This document shows positions 1 through 17,844 of a stretch of DNA of 64,000 nt, piece after piece. How positions within the stretch are numbered: position 1 is the stretch's first letter; every line of letters starts with the position of its first letter. Position numbers and translations under genes: made by a program. Source of the DNA: the human T2T-CHM13v2.0 reference genome, Homo sapiens. Under the pieces are notes generated by a model. The model did not search any database and was not told where the DNA came from. It was given only the letters and a program-made list of their open reading frames with translations. The DNA is taken from the NCBI RefSeq assembly GCF_009914755.1, contig NC_060936.1; one strand, 5' to 3'.

Positions 1-1802
1 CCCAGTAGCCCTTGTCTTAGCACTTTGCTAAGGAAACCTCTGGCTTGCAGCCAGTATCATGATAACTTGACAAGTCCCCTTTGCAAAAGTCCTTATTGTG
101 CCTTACATAAACAGCACAATTAGAAAGCCTGACCTACTCCTTACACATTACAAACAGAATATTTCATACTAAAATTGGCAGACTTCACTAAAAGCTACCT
201 GACATGGCAGTTGCAAATACAATGCACGTTAGTGGTTTAAAGTGCAGGCTCTGGAGTCATAAGAACTTGCCTTTAGATCCCAAGCCCCACTCACCAGCTG
301 TCTGACCCCTCATGAATTATTAAATTTCTCTAAGCATCAGTATCCTCATCTGTGAACGCAGAATAATGCTACCTGTTCCATACAACTATTGTATGAATTA
401 AATAAAGGCATGATGTGCTTGACACATAGTAGGCTTTCAAAAACATAATTAGTAGTAATGGAAATAAGTGTATACATGGCTAAACTACTTAAAGCACCAA
501 CTAAAAGAACAAACATATCTGCTAATGTACATTCAGAGCTTTTAAACTTAATCATGGCTTTTCCACCCACTCACCACTATAAGATCAAAATTGAGAGAAA
601 TAGATAAAAATGAACTACAACCTGTCTTCTCTTGCAAGAGTTTTCTAATTAGCACACTAACTAATTCACTCCTTACAAATGTGCTATTCATAAACACAAA
701 CTGTTGTCTCAGACACTGATAACTTACGTGATTTTGTGAATGTAAATGCATTACAAATTGATTTTAATTAGACATAATTAAGAATTACACACACTAATTT
801 ACTTGTTTTCCCTTGATGTTTGGGCTTTTTACTTAATAAATTTCTGATTCTAACAAGGAGACTGTGTTAGGGCATTAATTAAAATCTTTAGTATTTGGGG
901 TCAATATGTAATTTTTATTAAACTTACCAAGTATGATCAAAGTGAAACTTAAAAATAATTCACTGCCAAAATATTTTAAATACAAGTCTTCCAAACTTAT
1001 TTTAAGCAATGTTTGTTTTTTGAAAGGAATAATAAAATTTTGTTTTCCTAGCAGATCCAATTAAAACTGTCCTTTGCACATAAAAGGGCTCAAAATCATT
1101 ACTATAAACTGATTCAAATGCAAATTTATCTGGGAACTTTGGCAAGTCTTAACTTCAAAAGGATACAACTAAAAAATATTTAGAACAAAACTGAGATGCA
1201 AATTAAACACTAAAATATTTACTAAAAAGAAATTAGTCCCATATCTAATATGTTTTTCTGCACAAGACTAAACAAATTGAATTTTTTAAAACAGAATTTA
1301 ATAGAAGACCCTCCTGTCAGATCAGACAGACCCAGGTAATGCTGGTATTGCTGGGCTATCATAAAGAAATGGATTAAGCCCTATGCAATAGCTTTAAAAG
1401 TTATTACAAAAGACATAGAAATATCCAGTGAGTTAAGCAGCTCAGATTTTGAACACCCAAAGTAGTACTAAAAAACATTAAAATTCTATCCATAAGCTTT
1501 AAAAAATAATTTCTAATTCATAGCATATAAACAAAGGGTAGACTATGTTTATTTAAGAAACTGCACAAAAATAATCATATCTCATTTCTGGTTATAATTT
1601 GTTGTGTACTAATTCCTGTTATTGACTCTTCTATGGCTATTACCATGGACTTCTCTAAAATATATAGTAAATCAGGCCTATTATGAAGTAACAGCCTTAC
1701 ATTCTTTCTTATGTGTCACTTTTATACAAAGGAAGGAAGGGGAGGATACTTTTAAAAATAAAACCCTGAGCTGCTCTATTCCAAATAATTGGAAGAACTA
1801 CA

Positions 1803-1816
1803 GCGCCATCTTGTGG
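1803..1816 (-). promoter_or_regulatory. Candidate CTCF site (overlapping YY1-like AAGATGGC)
   Basis: Minus strand reads CCACAAGATGGCGC, close to the CTCF core CCAC/GYAGRKGGCRS, in otherwise CpG-poor sequence. Confidence 0.5.
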
Positions 1817-3345
1817 AATAAAGTAACTAATTAGTGAAATGCTTTGATTCTGTTAGGAAAAAAATTGAATTTCTTGGCCATCAACTCTAGTTTCTTTTAA
1901 TGATCTATTATTTTACAACATTTTAGTCTGGAACATCTGTCAAACAGCAAAAACTACTATTATGCTAGAACACTAACGTATATAATACAGTAACCAGGTG
2001 ATTTATGGCCGACTATGTCACAGATAAAGAAAAATACAAAGTTAATATTATACGTTGCCCTGGAACCAAAGAAAGAATCTGGAAGTTTGGACTTTTGTGT
2101 CCTTTTTCAAAAATTGAAAGGCAACAAGAAAACCCTTAACATGGCTGAGGTGCAGTTTCTGAATATTTATTAAAGGAGCATATCCTTTAATACCCATAAT
2201 CAGAAAGAAGGAAGTAAGTCAAGGAGGCTTGGGAGGAAATAAGGTTGGGTAGTTGGAATCAGAATGTTTTTATTTCTTTCTTCTTCTTTGTTCAATTAAT
2301 AAAATTTCTTCTGGCAGCCAAGATGGCCGAATAGGAACAGCTCTGGTCTACAGCTCCTAGCATGAGCGACGCAGAAGATGGGTGATTTCTGAATTTCCAT
2401 CTGAGGTACCAGGTTCACCTCACTAGGGAGTGCCAGACAGTGGGTGCAGGACAGTGGTTGCAGCACACCGTGCGCGAGCCGAAGCAGGGCAAGGCATTGC
2501 CTCACTCGGGAAGTGCAAGGGGTCAGGGAGTTCCCTTTCCTAGTCAAAGAAAGGGGTGACAGATGGCACCTGGAAAATCGGGTCACTCACACCCTAATAC
2601 TGCGCTTTTCCGACAGGCTTAAAAAACGGCGCACCAGGAGATTATATCCCGCACCTGGCTCGGAGGGTCCTACACCCACGGAGTCTCGCTGATTGCTAGC
2701 ACAGCAGTCTGAGATCAAACTGCAAGGTGGCAGCGAGGCTGGGGGGGAGGGGTGCCCACCATTGCCCAGGCTTGCTTAGGTAAACAAAGCAGCCAGGAAG
2801 CTCGAACTGGGTGGAGCCCACCACAGCTCAAGGAGGCCTGCCTGCCTCTGTAGGCTCTACCTCTGGGGGCAGGGCACAGACAAACAAAAAGACAGCAGTA
2901 ACCTCTGCAGACTTAAGTGTCCCTGTCTGACAGCTTTGAAGAGAGCAGTGGTTCTCCCAGGACGCAGCTGCAGATCTGAGAACAGGCAGACTGCCTCCTC
3001 AAGTGGGTCCCTGACCCCTGACCCCCAAGCAGCCTAACTGGGAGGCACCCCCCAGTAGGGGCAGACTGACACCTCACACGGCCGGGTACTCCTCTGAGAC
3101 AAAAGTTCCAGAGGAACGATCAGACAGCAGCATTCGCGGTTCACGAAAATCCGCTGTTCTGCAGCCACTGCTGCTGATACCCAGGCAAACACGGTCTGGA
3201 GTGGACCTCTAGCAAATTCCAACTGACCTGCAGCTGAGGGTCCTGTCTGTTAGAAGGAAAACTAACAAACAGAAAGGACATCCACACCAAAAACCCATCT
3301 GTACATCACCATCATCAAAGACCAAAAGTAGATAAAACCACAAAC

Positions 3346-4359
3346 ATGGGGAAAAAACAGAGCAGAAAAACTGGAAACTCTAAAAAGCAGAGCGCCTCTC
3401 CTCCTCCAAAGGAACGCAGCTCCTCACCAGCAATGGAACAAAGCTGGACGGAGAATGACTTTGACGAGGTGAGAGAAGGCTTCAGACGATCAAACTACTC
3501 CGAGCTACAGGAGGAAACTCAAACCAAAGGCAAAGAAGTTAAAAACTTTGAAAAAAAAGTAGACGAATGTATAACTAGAATAACCAATACAGAGAAGTGC
3601 TTAAAGGAGCTGATGGAGCTGAAAGCCAAGGCTCGAGAACTATGTGAAGAATGCAGAAGCCTCAGGAGCCAATGTGATCAACTGGAAGAAAGGGTATCAC
3701 TGATGGAAGACAAAATGAATGAAATGAAGTGAAAAGGGAAGTTTAGAGAAAAAAGAATAAAAAGAAACGAACAAAGCCTCCAAGAAATATGGGACTATGT
3801 GAAAAGACCAAATCTACGTCTGATTGGTGTACCTGAAAGTGACAGGGAGAATGGAACCAAGTTGGAAAACACTCCGCAGGATAATATCTAGGAGAACTTC
3901 CCCAATCTAGCAAGGCAGGCCAACATTCATATTCAGGAAATACAGAGAATGCCACAAAGAAACTCCTCGAGAAGAGCAACTCCAAGACACATAATTGTCA
4001 GATTCACCAAAGTTGAAACGAAGGAAAAAATGTTAAGGGCAGCCAGAGAGAAAGGTCAGGCTACCCACAAAGGGAAGCCCATCAGAATAAGAGCTGGTCT
4101 CTCGGCAGAAACTCTACAAGCCAGAAGAGAGTGGGGGCCAATATTCAACATTCTTAAAGAAAAGAATTTTCAACCCAGAATTTCATATCCAGCCAAACTA
4201 AGCTTCATAAGTGAAGGAGAAATAAAATACTTTACAGACGAGCAAATGGTGAGAGATTTTGTCACCACCAGGCCTGCCCTAAAAGAGCTCCTGAAAGAAG
4301 CACTGAACATGGAAAGGAACAACCGGTACCAGCCACTGCAAAATCATGCCAAACTGTAA
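3346..4359 (+). pseudogene. L1 ORF1p, disrupted by in-frame stops (3730-3732 and ~3890)
   Basis: MGKKQSRKTGNSK...QNHAKL is split across track ORFs 3346..3732 and 3949..4359. Confidence 0.95.
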
Positions 4360-4422
4360 AGACCATCGAGGCTAGGAAGAAACTGCATCAACTAAAGAGC
4401 AAAATAACCAGCTAACATCATA

Positions 4423-8246
<3,824 letters not shown>

Positions 8247-8661
8247 ACAATGAGAACACATGGACTCAGGAAGGGGAACATCACACTCTGGGGACTGTTG
8301 TGGGGTGGGGGGATGGGGGAGGGATAGCATTAGGAGATATACCTAATGCTAGATGACGAGTTAATGTGTGCAGCAAACCAGCATGGCACATGTATACATA
8401 TGTGACTAACCTGCACTTTGTGCACATGTACCCTAAAACTTAAAGTATAATAATAATGAAATAAAAATAAAATAATAAAAAAAGAAATTTAAAAAAATAA
8501 ATAAATAAAATTTATTGAGAGGCTACAATGTGCCAAGCACTTGGTAGGCCCTAGGAGTAAAGAAAATGAATATATAGCCCCTCCGTCAAGACACGTAGAA
8601 ACTAGTAAAGTATACAGATCACTTCAACATACAGAAAATGCTCAGGAAGGCCATGGGGGCC

Positions 8662-9070
8662 TGATACAGTTTGGATATTTGTCCTCTCCAAACTTCATAT
8701 TAAAATTTGATCCCAATGTTGAAGGTAGGGCCTAATGGGAGGTGTTTGGATCATGGGGGCAGATCCCTCAAGAATAGATTGATGTCCTCCCTCCAGAATG
8801 AGTGAATTCTTACTCTATTAGTTCCTCCAAGAGCTTGTTGTTTAAAAGAGCCTGGCACCACCCCCAACCCTTGCTTTCTCTCTCGCCATGCGATCTCTGA
8901 ACACACAGGCCCCCCTTTATTTTTCACCGTGAATGGAAGCATCCTAAGGCCCTCGTCAGATGCCCAATCTTGAACCAGATATCACAATAGTGAGCCAAAT
9001 AATCCTTTTTTGTTTATAAATTATTCAGCCTCATGTATTCCTTTATAGCAACCTAAAATGGATGAAGATA
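8662..9070 (+). mobile_element. MaLR solo LTR, MST-like
   Basis: tgatacagtttggatatttgtcc...gggaggtgtttggatcatgggggcagatccctc...ttcctttatagcaac. Confidence 0.85.
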
Positions 9071-9228
9071 GGGTACCTACATCAGTCTGGGAATTCATGG
9101 CAGAAAGCAGAACAAAATCTTGAGGGGTAAGAGAAAGGGGAGAATATTTTTCACTAATTTTCCCAAATCAGTGGGTAGAAACCAAATGGTGAAACCCTGG
9201 ATGACTCCCATACTCCAGTATACTTTTC

Positions 9229-9700
9229 TTTTCTTTCTTTCTTTTTCATTTTTTAACTTTTACTTTAGGTCAGGATTACATGAACAGATTTGTTATGTAG
9301 GTAAATTGCATGTCACAGGGGTTTGGTGTACAGATTATTTCATAACCTAGGTAATAAGCATAGTATATGATAGGTAGTATTTCGATCCTCTCTCTCCTCC
9401 CACTCTCCACCCTCAAATAGGCCCTAATGTCTGTCATTTCCTTCTTTGTGTCCATGTGTACTCAATGTTTAGTCCCCGCTTATCAGTGAGAATATATGAT
9501 ATTTGATTTTCTGCTCCTGCAATAGTTCAATTAGGATAATGGCCTCTAGCTCCATCCATGTTGCTGCAAAGGACATGATCTCATTCATTTTTATGGCTGA
9601 GTAGTATTCCATGGGGTATATGTACCACATTTTCATTATCCAGTCTACCATTGATGGGCATTTAGGTTCATTCCATGACTTTGCTATTGTAAATAGTGCC
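9229..9700 (-). mobile_element. 5'-truncated older L1 3' end (L1PA15/16-like)
   Basis: T-rich tail, L1 3'UTR, and ORF2 C-terminus (MWYIYPMEYYSAIK) on the minus strand. Confidence 0.85.
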
Positions 9701-9912
9701 CAACATATTTCTCAAAGTACTCTCCAGACAACTATGCATCCCATATGAACTAAAAAAAGCACAGATTACAGAATGACCCTTTGGTAGAATTAAACATCCT
9801 CTCCTTCTGTGCTCCCACAACGTTTGGTTCATAACCTAATATAAAACTCCTTGTGAATAAATATTAATAATTATTTACCCATTTACTTCTCCTAAGAGAA
9901 ATCAAAACTATC

Positions 9913-10768
9913 AGCGAAGGATATGAACAGACACTTCTCAAAAGAAGACATTTATGCAGCCAAAAGACACATGAAAAAATGCTCATCATCACTGGCCATC
10001 AGAGAAATACAAATCAAAACCACAATGAGATACCATCTCACACCAGTTAGAATGGCAATCATTAAAAAGACAGGAAGCAACAGGTGCTGGAGAGGAGGTG
10101 GAGAAATAGGAACACTTTTACACTGTTGGTAGGACTGTAAACTAGTTCAAGCATTGTGGAAGTCAGTGTGGCGATTCCTCAGGGATCTAGAACTAGAAAT
10201 ACCATTTGACCCAGCCATCCCATTACTGGGTATATACCCAAAGGATTATAAATCATGCTGCTATAAAGTCACGTGCACACGTATGTTTATTGTGGCACTA
10301 TTCACAATAGCAAAGACTTGGAACCAACCCAAATGTCCAACAATGATAGACTGGATTAAGAAAATGTGGCACATATACACCATGGAATACTATGCAGCCA
10401 TGAAAAATGATGAGTTCATGTCCTTTGTAGGGACATGGATGAAGCTGAAACCATCATTCTCAGCAAACTATCGCAAGGACAAAAAACGAAACACTGCATG
10501 TTCTCACTCATAGGTGGGAATTGAACAATGAGAACACCTGGACACAGGAAGGGGAACATCACACTCTGGGGACTGTTGTGGGGTGGGGGGATGGGGGAGG
10601 GATAGCATTGGGAGATATACCTAATGTAAATGACAAGTTGATGGGTGCAGCACACCAACATGGCACATGTATACATGCGTGACAAGCCTGCACGTTGTGC
10701 ACATGTACCCTAAAACTTAAAGTATAACAAAAAAAATGCTAAAATAAATGATATCCACACGTAAAAAA
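9913..10768 (+). mobile_element. 5'-truncated L1PA (L1PA4/5-like) with a short 3' transduction
   Basis: ORF2 C-terminus plus 3'UTR. TSD aaa(t/c)caaaact(a/g)tc at 9899-9912 and 10769-10782. Extra unique sequence lies between two A-tracts. Confidence 0.9.
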
Positions 10769-11276
10769 AAACCAAAACTGTCTTATTCATCCCTATACTT
10801 AATCCCAACCACCTGAAATTCAGCAAGCAACACGTTTGTTGAATTGAATCAATTATATCTTACAGTAGTGTTTAGCCAAAATAATAAGTTCATGAATAAG
10901 AATCATAGATGTAGCAGACCAGCACTGAACAACAGGGTTACTGATTTATTTCTAAGGTTGTCACTTACAAAGCTCTCGTTTTGCAGTTTTTCAGTCCTGG
11001 ATCTATTTTTATAAAATATCCTGATCAAACAAGGGCAACAGATAAAAGAAAAATTATCTCCATCTTATATCTATGTTTTTATTTGTAGGTGGAAACTTGG
11101 TGTGATTTTTTTTCTAAAAAAAAATCTTTCTTTAAATAAAAATCTAAAGAGGCAGCTTGCTAACATGGTAGAGAACAAAAAAGAATAAAGGGAGAAAAAT
11201 TAAAATTTCCCACAAAGATGACTTAAATCTCCCAGTGTGGTGCATTTGTTTTCAATTCTCTCCTCTTTGCTTCTGA

Positions 11277-11609
<333 letters not shown>

Positions 11610-11793
11610 TAGCTCCCACTCACACCCCTCCCTTGACTTTATTTTTTACCTAAAACATTAACACTTGATTGTGGAATAGTTAGTAGCAAACACAGAGAGA
11701 GAATTTGTTATAAGTCATTTCTTAACAAAGAACCATTTGAAATCCAATTTCTGTTATGACTTTTACTTTTTTTGGACATCTTCAGGCATTTAC

Positions 11794-11818
11794 CTCAAAA
11801 TATTATCAAAGTGTTTGG
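11794..11818 (-). pseudogene. Weak candidate micro-exon
   Basis: Strong acceptor ttttgtttctttttgcag. Donor GAG|gtaaat, or an alternative at 11767. Confidence 0.3.
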
Positions 11819-12963
11819 CTGCAAAAAGAAACAAAAATACCAACTTTTAAACAACAAATGGATGTAAAGCTCTCTAAAGAAATCAATGTTAAATAAAAAG
11901 TTCAAAATGTCCTATACTTGCTGTGTGCTTAAATGCTGAAAAAGGAAATGTATGCCAGGAAAAAACTATTTCATATGATTGTGCCATATGTATACAGATC
12001 AAGAATCTAATTCACAGCAACTCTATTTTTAGGTGAGGACCAACAGTTTTATAAACTGGTTTGGAAAGAAGAAATGTTTCAGCAGTCACTAGATAAGAGG
12101 AAAAAGCTTGATGTGAAATAATTCTTTTAGTTCTCTGTAGGGTCAAGGATTCAAGTATCACATACAAAATGCGATGCTGAAATGGGGGAAGTCACTATAA
12201 CATACTGCAAGTCTCTCTAATTTAAAATGCCATTCAGACTTGTACTCATGGAATACAAAGTGCTTCTTATAAAGCTTGTATTACAATCTATTTCTTAGCT
12301 CCTACTTTGGATTAAACAAGATAGTTACACAAAAGATCCAGGAGTAGTATCTGACACTTAACGGTTTCCTTTTCCTTTTCCTTTGGAGGTAAGAGGAATG
12401 TGAGCATGTTTCTAATTTCCAAGGAAAAATTATTAAATATCTTTGAATCTTGGTTTCTTCCTGTGAAGGATGATAAAACCACTTCATCAAGTCATTGTAA
12501 GGGATAAAAGTTATAGCCGATATAAATAGTTAATTGTATGTAGTTGCTCAAAATAAAGTAGCTATCATTATTAGCACTATATTTTTAGAGTGGTTTAGTA
12601 TAAACTGCATATCCAAACTTCTAACCTTTACAATATTCACCAAAACTCAAATCTAAATAGACAAAGTATGCTCAAATCATGATGTTATATAGAAAAACCT
12701 CTAAGGTGGTTAAGCGACTTTATTATGGTATTTTAATATCATGAGTTTTCTCAAAGTGTAAGCTTTGAAATTTTAATAATAAAACATAATGATCCATCTA
12801 TATTCCAGTTTGTTCTTCATCAAAAATGGGTTTCCAAGAAGAAAATCTAATTGTACCAATGCAAAAATCCTAGTAATGACTGGCTGAAAATCTGAGCAGC
12901 TCTGAGGTAATTAAGTTGAAAATGCCAAGGAAAATTGTATTTTTGTGGTTGTTATTTTATTAC

Positions 12964-13028
12964 CCTTTCCAGCAATTTTCCACTTGAATACCTTTTAAAT
13001 GTATAATTTAGCCGCACTTTATTCTTTA
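12964..13028 (-). pseudogene. Weak candidate exon (KNKVRLNYTFKRYSSGKLLER)
   Basis: gatatacag|TA...AGG|gtaata. Confidence 0.3.
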
Positions 13029-13429
13029 CTGTATATCAATATGGGAGGCAAATAACTTAACAGAAGACCTGGAACCACCAAGAATTCTGGTTCTAGTTCT
13101 TGTATTGATTTAGCTCTTGATTTTCCATATTTAAATTAGGATAATAACCTGACCAGTTTCAGAACCATGTTGTCATGACCTCTTCTTCTTTTTCTTTGAG
13201 TCTCTCCATCTCCTTTCCACCACTGCCAGTCCCCAAAATACTGTGGAACTGAATTTATCATAAGTGAATTGCTTGCATTAAATTATCTGATATAAAGTAG
13301 TATTTGGCATAAAAATGATCATAAATGTTTTCCCCCTTCTTATAAATAATGCTTTTTCCCTTTTTCTCAACAGTTCTAATTGCCTCTTATTAAACCTATG
13401 AAATTAACTTCTCCTGATTTTAGTAATTC

Positions 13430-15400
13430 CAGTCATTTCAGCAAACCCAAGAGAGCCAAGGACTGAGCTCTGGAACATTCTGTTACTTAAAAGTCAATAT
13501 TTAAAGATTCAAAGGTGAATCCCATCAAGGTGGAAGCCTGATTCGATTTGTCATGAGGATATGGGCTGAGACCGTGGAGACATTAAGGTTGGCTGTAAAG
13601 GGTGGTCAATAAATCGGTAGCTATAGGGGACATAAAAGCGAACGAGGGTTCTATTCTCCCTTGATCAATATTACAGCACATTACAGCAGGGAGAAGAGAG
13701 ATATAGTGATTATGCAAGACAGAACAGAGATAATTATGTCAGCAAATTCTTGAGAAGGTGAAAAGAGATGGAATCCAGTGCACAAGTAAAGGGATTGTTT
13801 TTAACATGGGGACAGAGACCCTTCCTCTGTAATAGAAATATTCAGATGTGAGAGACTAGGTGGTGGGAAAATATCATTATCTTCTGATTGCTTCTGTTTG
13901 CTCAGCAAGATAAGAAGCAAAGTCATCAGCAGAGAGTGAAGAACAAGGAATACAAGTTGGAAATTTGATAAGAAAAAGTGTAACATAGTAACCTCAGACA
14001 GGGAAAAAATAATTCAGTGAGAAAATGGAAACTGTGGTTGACAACTGCAGAGAGGCACTAAGGGCCCACTTGAGACACAGTCATGAAAATTAAGAGAGAT
14101 CCCTCAGCTAAGTTAGATGTTCCTCTCCAACCATGAACTGCAAGCTTGGTAAACATTTATTAAATGTTTATTAAGTGCCAAGCACTATTCTAAACACTTC
14201 ATTTTTATATTACTTTATATTAATACGTTTGAGCCCGCAACAACTCCATTAGATAGGTATACATGAGGAAACTGAGGCACAGAGCAGTGAAGAAACTTAC
14301 TCAAGCCACATGGCTAGTAAATGTTCGACTCAGGATTCAAGGAGCGTGGGTCCAGAACCCACAACCTTAATCACTAAACTATGTGACATTTCTGTGAGTG
14401 CTTGGGATTAACCAGTATTGATGTTCTGCCATTTGAGTAAGGCAGAGAGTGAGGCAAAAAAGCTGAGGGCATTTACAAGTAATTAAACAATGGAATCTAA
14501 GCTGGACAAGGAGGAAGTGAGGATAAAAGAGGGTAGTGGAAACTAAAAATTGTAATAGTCAATGGATTAGAAGCCCCAGAGTAGTCCACAATTGTCATAG
14601 AGGCAGTTAGCTGAAAACAGAAGAAGGGGTGTTTGGTGACTGGATGTTAGAAGATGAGATTTTGAGTATGGTACAGTTATTCACAACAACATAGTATAAA
14701 GTTTTACCATGATGATTGGCAGCTAAGGTCAGGGGGTGAGATGAGGCATGAAAAGATTGTAATGGAAAAGGTCACAAGGCCATGCGTGGTGGCTCACCCC
14801 TGTAATCCCAAAAATCTGGGAGGCCAAGGCGGGCCCATCACCTGAGGTCAGAAGTTCGAGACCAACCTGGCCAAATGGTAAAACCCCACCCCTACTAAAA
14901 ATACAAAAAATTAGACAGGCATGGTGGCCCACACCTGTAATCCCAGCTACTTGGGAGGCTGAGGCAGGAGAATCACTTGAACCTGGGAGACGGGGGTGTC
15001 AGTGAGCCAAGGTCACACCACTGCACTCCAGCCTGGGCAACAGAGTGAGACCCCATCAAAAAAAAAAAAAAAAAGAAATAAAGAAAAGAAAAGGTCAAGA
15101 GACTTAAAACAAAATCCATTGAATGTACTTTATATATATATGTATATATACCAAAGGTAGTCATGGAAAGAAAGAAAGAAGTCAGGTGTTAACATCTTCA
15201 CCAAATGAGGAGCTTTGTAGATTACTACAGGATGGAAGGATAAGCATAGTCCAGCGGCTTTGCTCCAAATAGATATTCCAACTCTTCCCAATTTACAGAT
15301 AACTTTCTTGGTTTTAACACTGAAAGTCCCACATTCTGGGCCTCCATGAGCTAGGGATTTTGAAAGATGAAGAAAAATGAGACATTTTCTGGATATGGCA
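13430..15400 (-). mobile_element. Degraded L2 with embedded MIR (~14150-14390) and Alu
   Basis: L2-like purine-rich blocks (ggactgagctctggaacattc) and MIR core (gaggaaactgaggcacagagcagtgaagaaacttactcaagccaca). Boundaries approximate. Confidence 0.6.
14778..15087 (+). mobile_element. AluSx-like
   Basis: Full Alu. TSD gaaaaggtca on both sides. Confidence 0.95.
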
Positions 15401-15752
15401 ATGAAAAGATTATACCTGCTCTATCTCCAGGCCTTGTGAGATATGGATGTTATGAATTTTAACTCTAAAAAACTGTCATGCGGTAGGTACTACTATTATA
15501 TTTGTAATTCCTCTTCTCAGAATAGAATGCTTTGTTAACATTAGCTGATTAGTTTGAAGCAAATATTTCCAAAACATTTTCCTCACATTTTGTGCTACCT
15601 TGATTCCTAAAGGGTAATGATTATGTTTCTTGTCTCGCTAAATCTAATATGCTCTAAAAGCTATAGCTAATTCTGTTTTACCAATAAGTATTGTAAATAC
15701 TTGAATGCACCCAATAGGAAAAAATCACTCAGGTAAGAAAGTCTTTTCTCAC

Positions 15753-15874
15753 AGAAAAAGTGTTGGCACTCGGGAAAGGATAGGCGTGGTACTGCAGTAT
15801 CATCCTATAATGAGAAATATTCTGCCATAGAAGGGTCCACATCTTCCACTCCGCTAATTCAAAGACTTCTGGGT
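15753..15874 (-). pseudogene. Candidate exon
   Basis: ctccctccatactctag|AC...TCT|gtgaga. Only the phase-1 frame is open: DPEVFELAEWKMWTLLWQNISHYRMILQYHAYPFPSANTFS. Confidence 0.5.
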
Positions 15875-16239
15875 CTAGAGTATGGAGGGAGAATCACAGT
15901 ATTTCATAGGCAGCAGTAACCTTAAAGATACTTTAGAAGTTATTTAGGAGTTATGGAAACCATCTTATTTGATTTAAACCCTTGTGGAAACTCTTCACTC
16001 AGATTATGCATTAAAAGTAGTTTCTGTATATTTCTATATTCACATGGCATTAAATGCTGTATGACACTTTTCCATTTCTTAAGCTGGACATTTACAAAAT
16101 GTGTATCATATTAAGTGATTTCAAAATAACACATGCAAAGAAAAAGGCTGAAAAAATACACAAAAGATTCACTAAAAAATTATCCAGATGGTGCAATGAG
16201 ACCATCAGGCTAGTCTAAGCCATCTTCCAGGTCTTTCCT

Positions 16240-17610
16240 GCCTTGTAACCACACCCTTCTCTCTCCTTGCTCTTATCACTAAACTTCTCGAAAGCAAAGT
16301 CTATATTTTTTTAACTCCAAATCACATCTTGGATTGAACCTGACTTCAGCCCACACTCTCTTAGGAGGTTACCAAATGACTATTTGCATAGTCATTTATG
16401 AGAAAATCCCAATTTCCTATCCTTTTATTATTTTCACCATATTCAGAATGAACTACGTAACTAAATGTGTATGATTTTTACACATGTGTTAGTCTCGCAC
16501 AAGTTTAAAATCCCTGTCATTTATGAGAAAATCCCAATTTCCTATCCTTTTATTATTTTCACCATATTCAGAATGAACTACGTAACTAAATGTGTATGAT
16601 TTTTACACATGTGTTAGTCTCGCACAAGTTTATAATCCAGAAAAAAACTACTTAATATGCCATATATCCTAAGCTCAGGTTTAAATGCCCAGCTCTCTAA
16701 ACTCAGTTTCCATCCCTCCTTGGAATTTCAGTAACGTTTCAAACCATTTGCTATCTCTTCTCCCTGAAATTATCTAACTCCTGTCCACTTTAAAATAATA
16801 TCTCTTATCTTACTCTCCTATTAAGTTCTTTTACTTTCTACCTCCAAAATTAGTTCATTATTTTTCATATAATTCTTGAACTTTTAGCAACACAATGACA
16901 CCTCTCTTTTTAATATATTCTTGCCCTGAATAGTTTTCCTGAATGTTCTTTCTTTGGTCACTTAGTGGCTTCTTTTCTTCCTCCAGGCTCCAAAGGCCAG
17001 TAATCCCCAAGAACCTACACTTGCACTTTCCCTCCCTTCTTTCTACAAGGCTGACTTTTATTAGCCAAGTGTCTATTCTCATGATTTCAAGAGCCATTCC
17101 TAAACAGAATGTACCTCAAAACCTAACATTTTGAGAATTCTTTCCTGCAGTTCCAACCCATTGCTAAAGGCATCTCCACCTGGATGCCTTACAGTCAGTC
17201 ACCTCACACTCCAACAAAAATCACACTCATCTTCCTAACCAAAACCAGTTATTCTCCTGATTTCTCTAATTCTGGTTAAAGAAGCCACCAATCTCATGGT
17301 CACCCAAACTAAAAACCTCTGTTTTTAATCTACTCTAGTCAGTTAGAATGGTTAACTTTTTCTATCTCCACCCTAGGTCTGATAATCATCCCCTCTTCTT
17401 CACGCCTACAATTATATTATAATGGCTTCTTAATTGCCTCTTTGCCTCTGGTTTTTCCACCATCCAGTCTGTCCAGGATATTACTGCCAAATAAATATTC
17501 TAAAACCCAGTATTATGACATTTCTTATTCAGTAACCTTTAGCAGCCTCCTACCATATAGCAAACTAAAGTCAAACTACCTAACCTGGCAACCAAACCCC
17601 TCTAAGCTGC
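16240..17610 (+). mobile_element. Degraded L2, interrupted near 16390-16690
   Basis: catctccacctggatgcc...cacactcatcttcc resembles the L2 3' region. Boundaries approximate. Confidence 0.6.
16391..16638. repeat. Near-perfect 125-bp tandem duplication (2 copies)
   Basis: Copies start at 16391 and 16516. The first 117 bp are identical. Confidence 0.97.
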
Positions 17611-17703
17611 TTGTATTTCTCTGGTAATACTTATCTTACAATAGAGTCAAACCTCTTAGATTCTAAAATCAGAAACGAGAAAATCATACATAATCAAAAT
17701 TAC

Positions 17704-17844
17704 CCTGGAAAAGTCCTTCGACAGGCACTCCCCTGGAGACCGCAAGTTGGTTTGGCACAGCCAGTTTTTCCTCCAGCATTGGAACAGATTCCTGTTTCTT
17801 TGGTTGAGCACCAGGTGAAGTAGTTGGCTTGCTTTTAGGGTACA
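17704..17844 (-). pseudogene. Candidate 141-nt symmetric exon
   Basis: tttttcatgtaaag|TG...AGG|gtaatt. YPKSKPTTSPGAQPKKQESVPMLEEKLAVPNQLAVSRGVPVEGLFQ is open. Confidence 0.55.

Noticed and set aside
2055-2102. Possible minus-strand exon (HKSPNFQILSLVPGQ)
   Set aside because: Short, with weak splice sites, and cannot be linked to the chain.
16391-16638. CRISPR-like or minisatellite array
   Set aside because: Only two adjacent copies with no spacers, and the context is eukaryotic.
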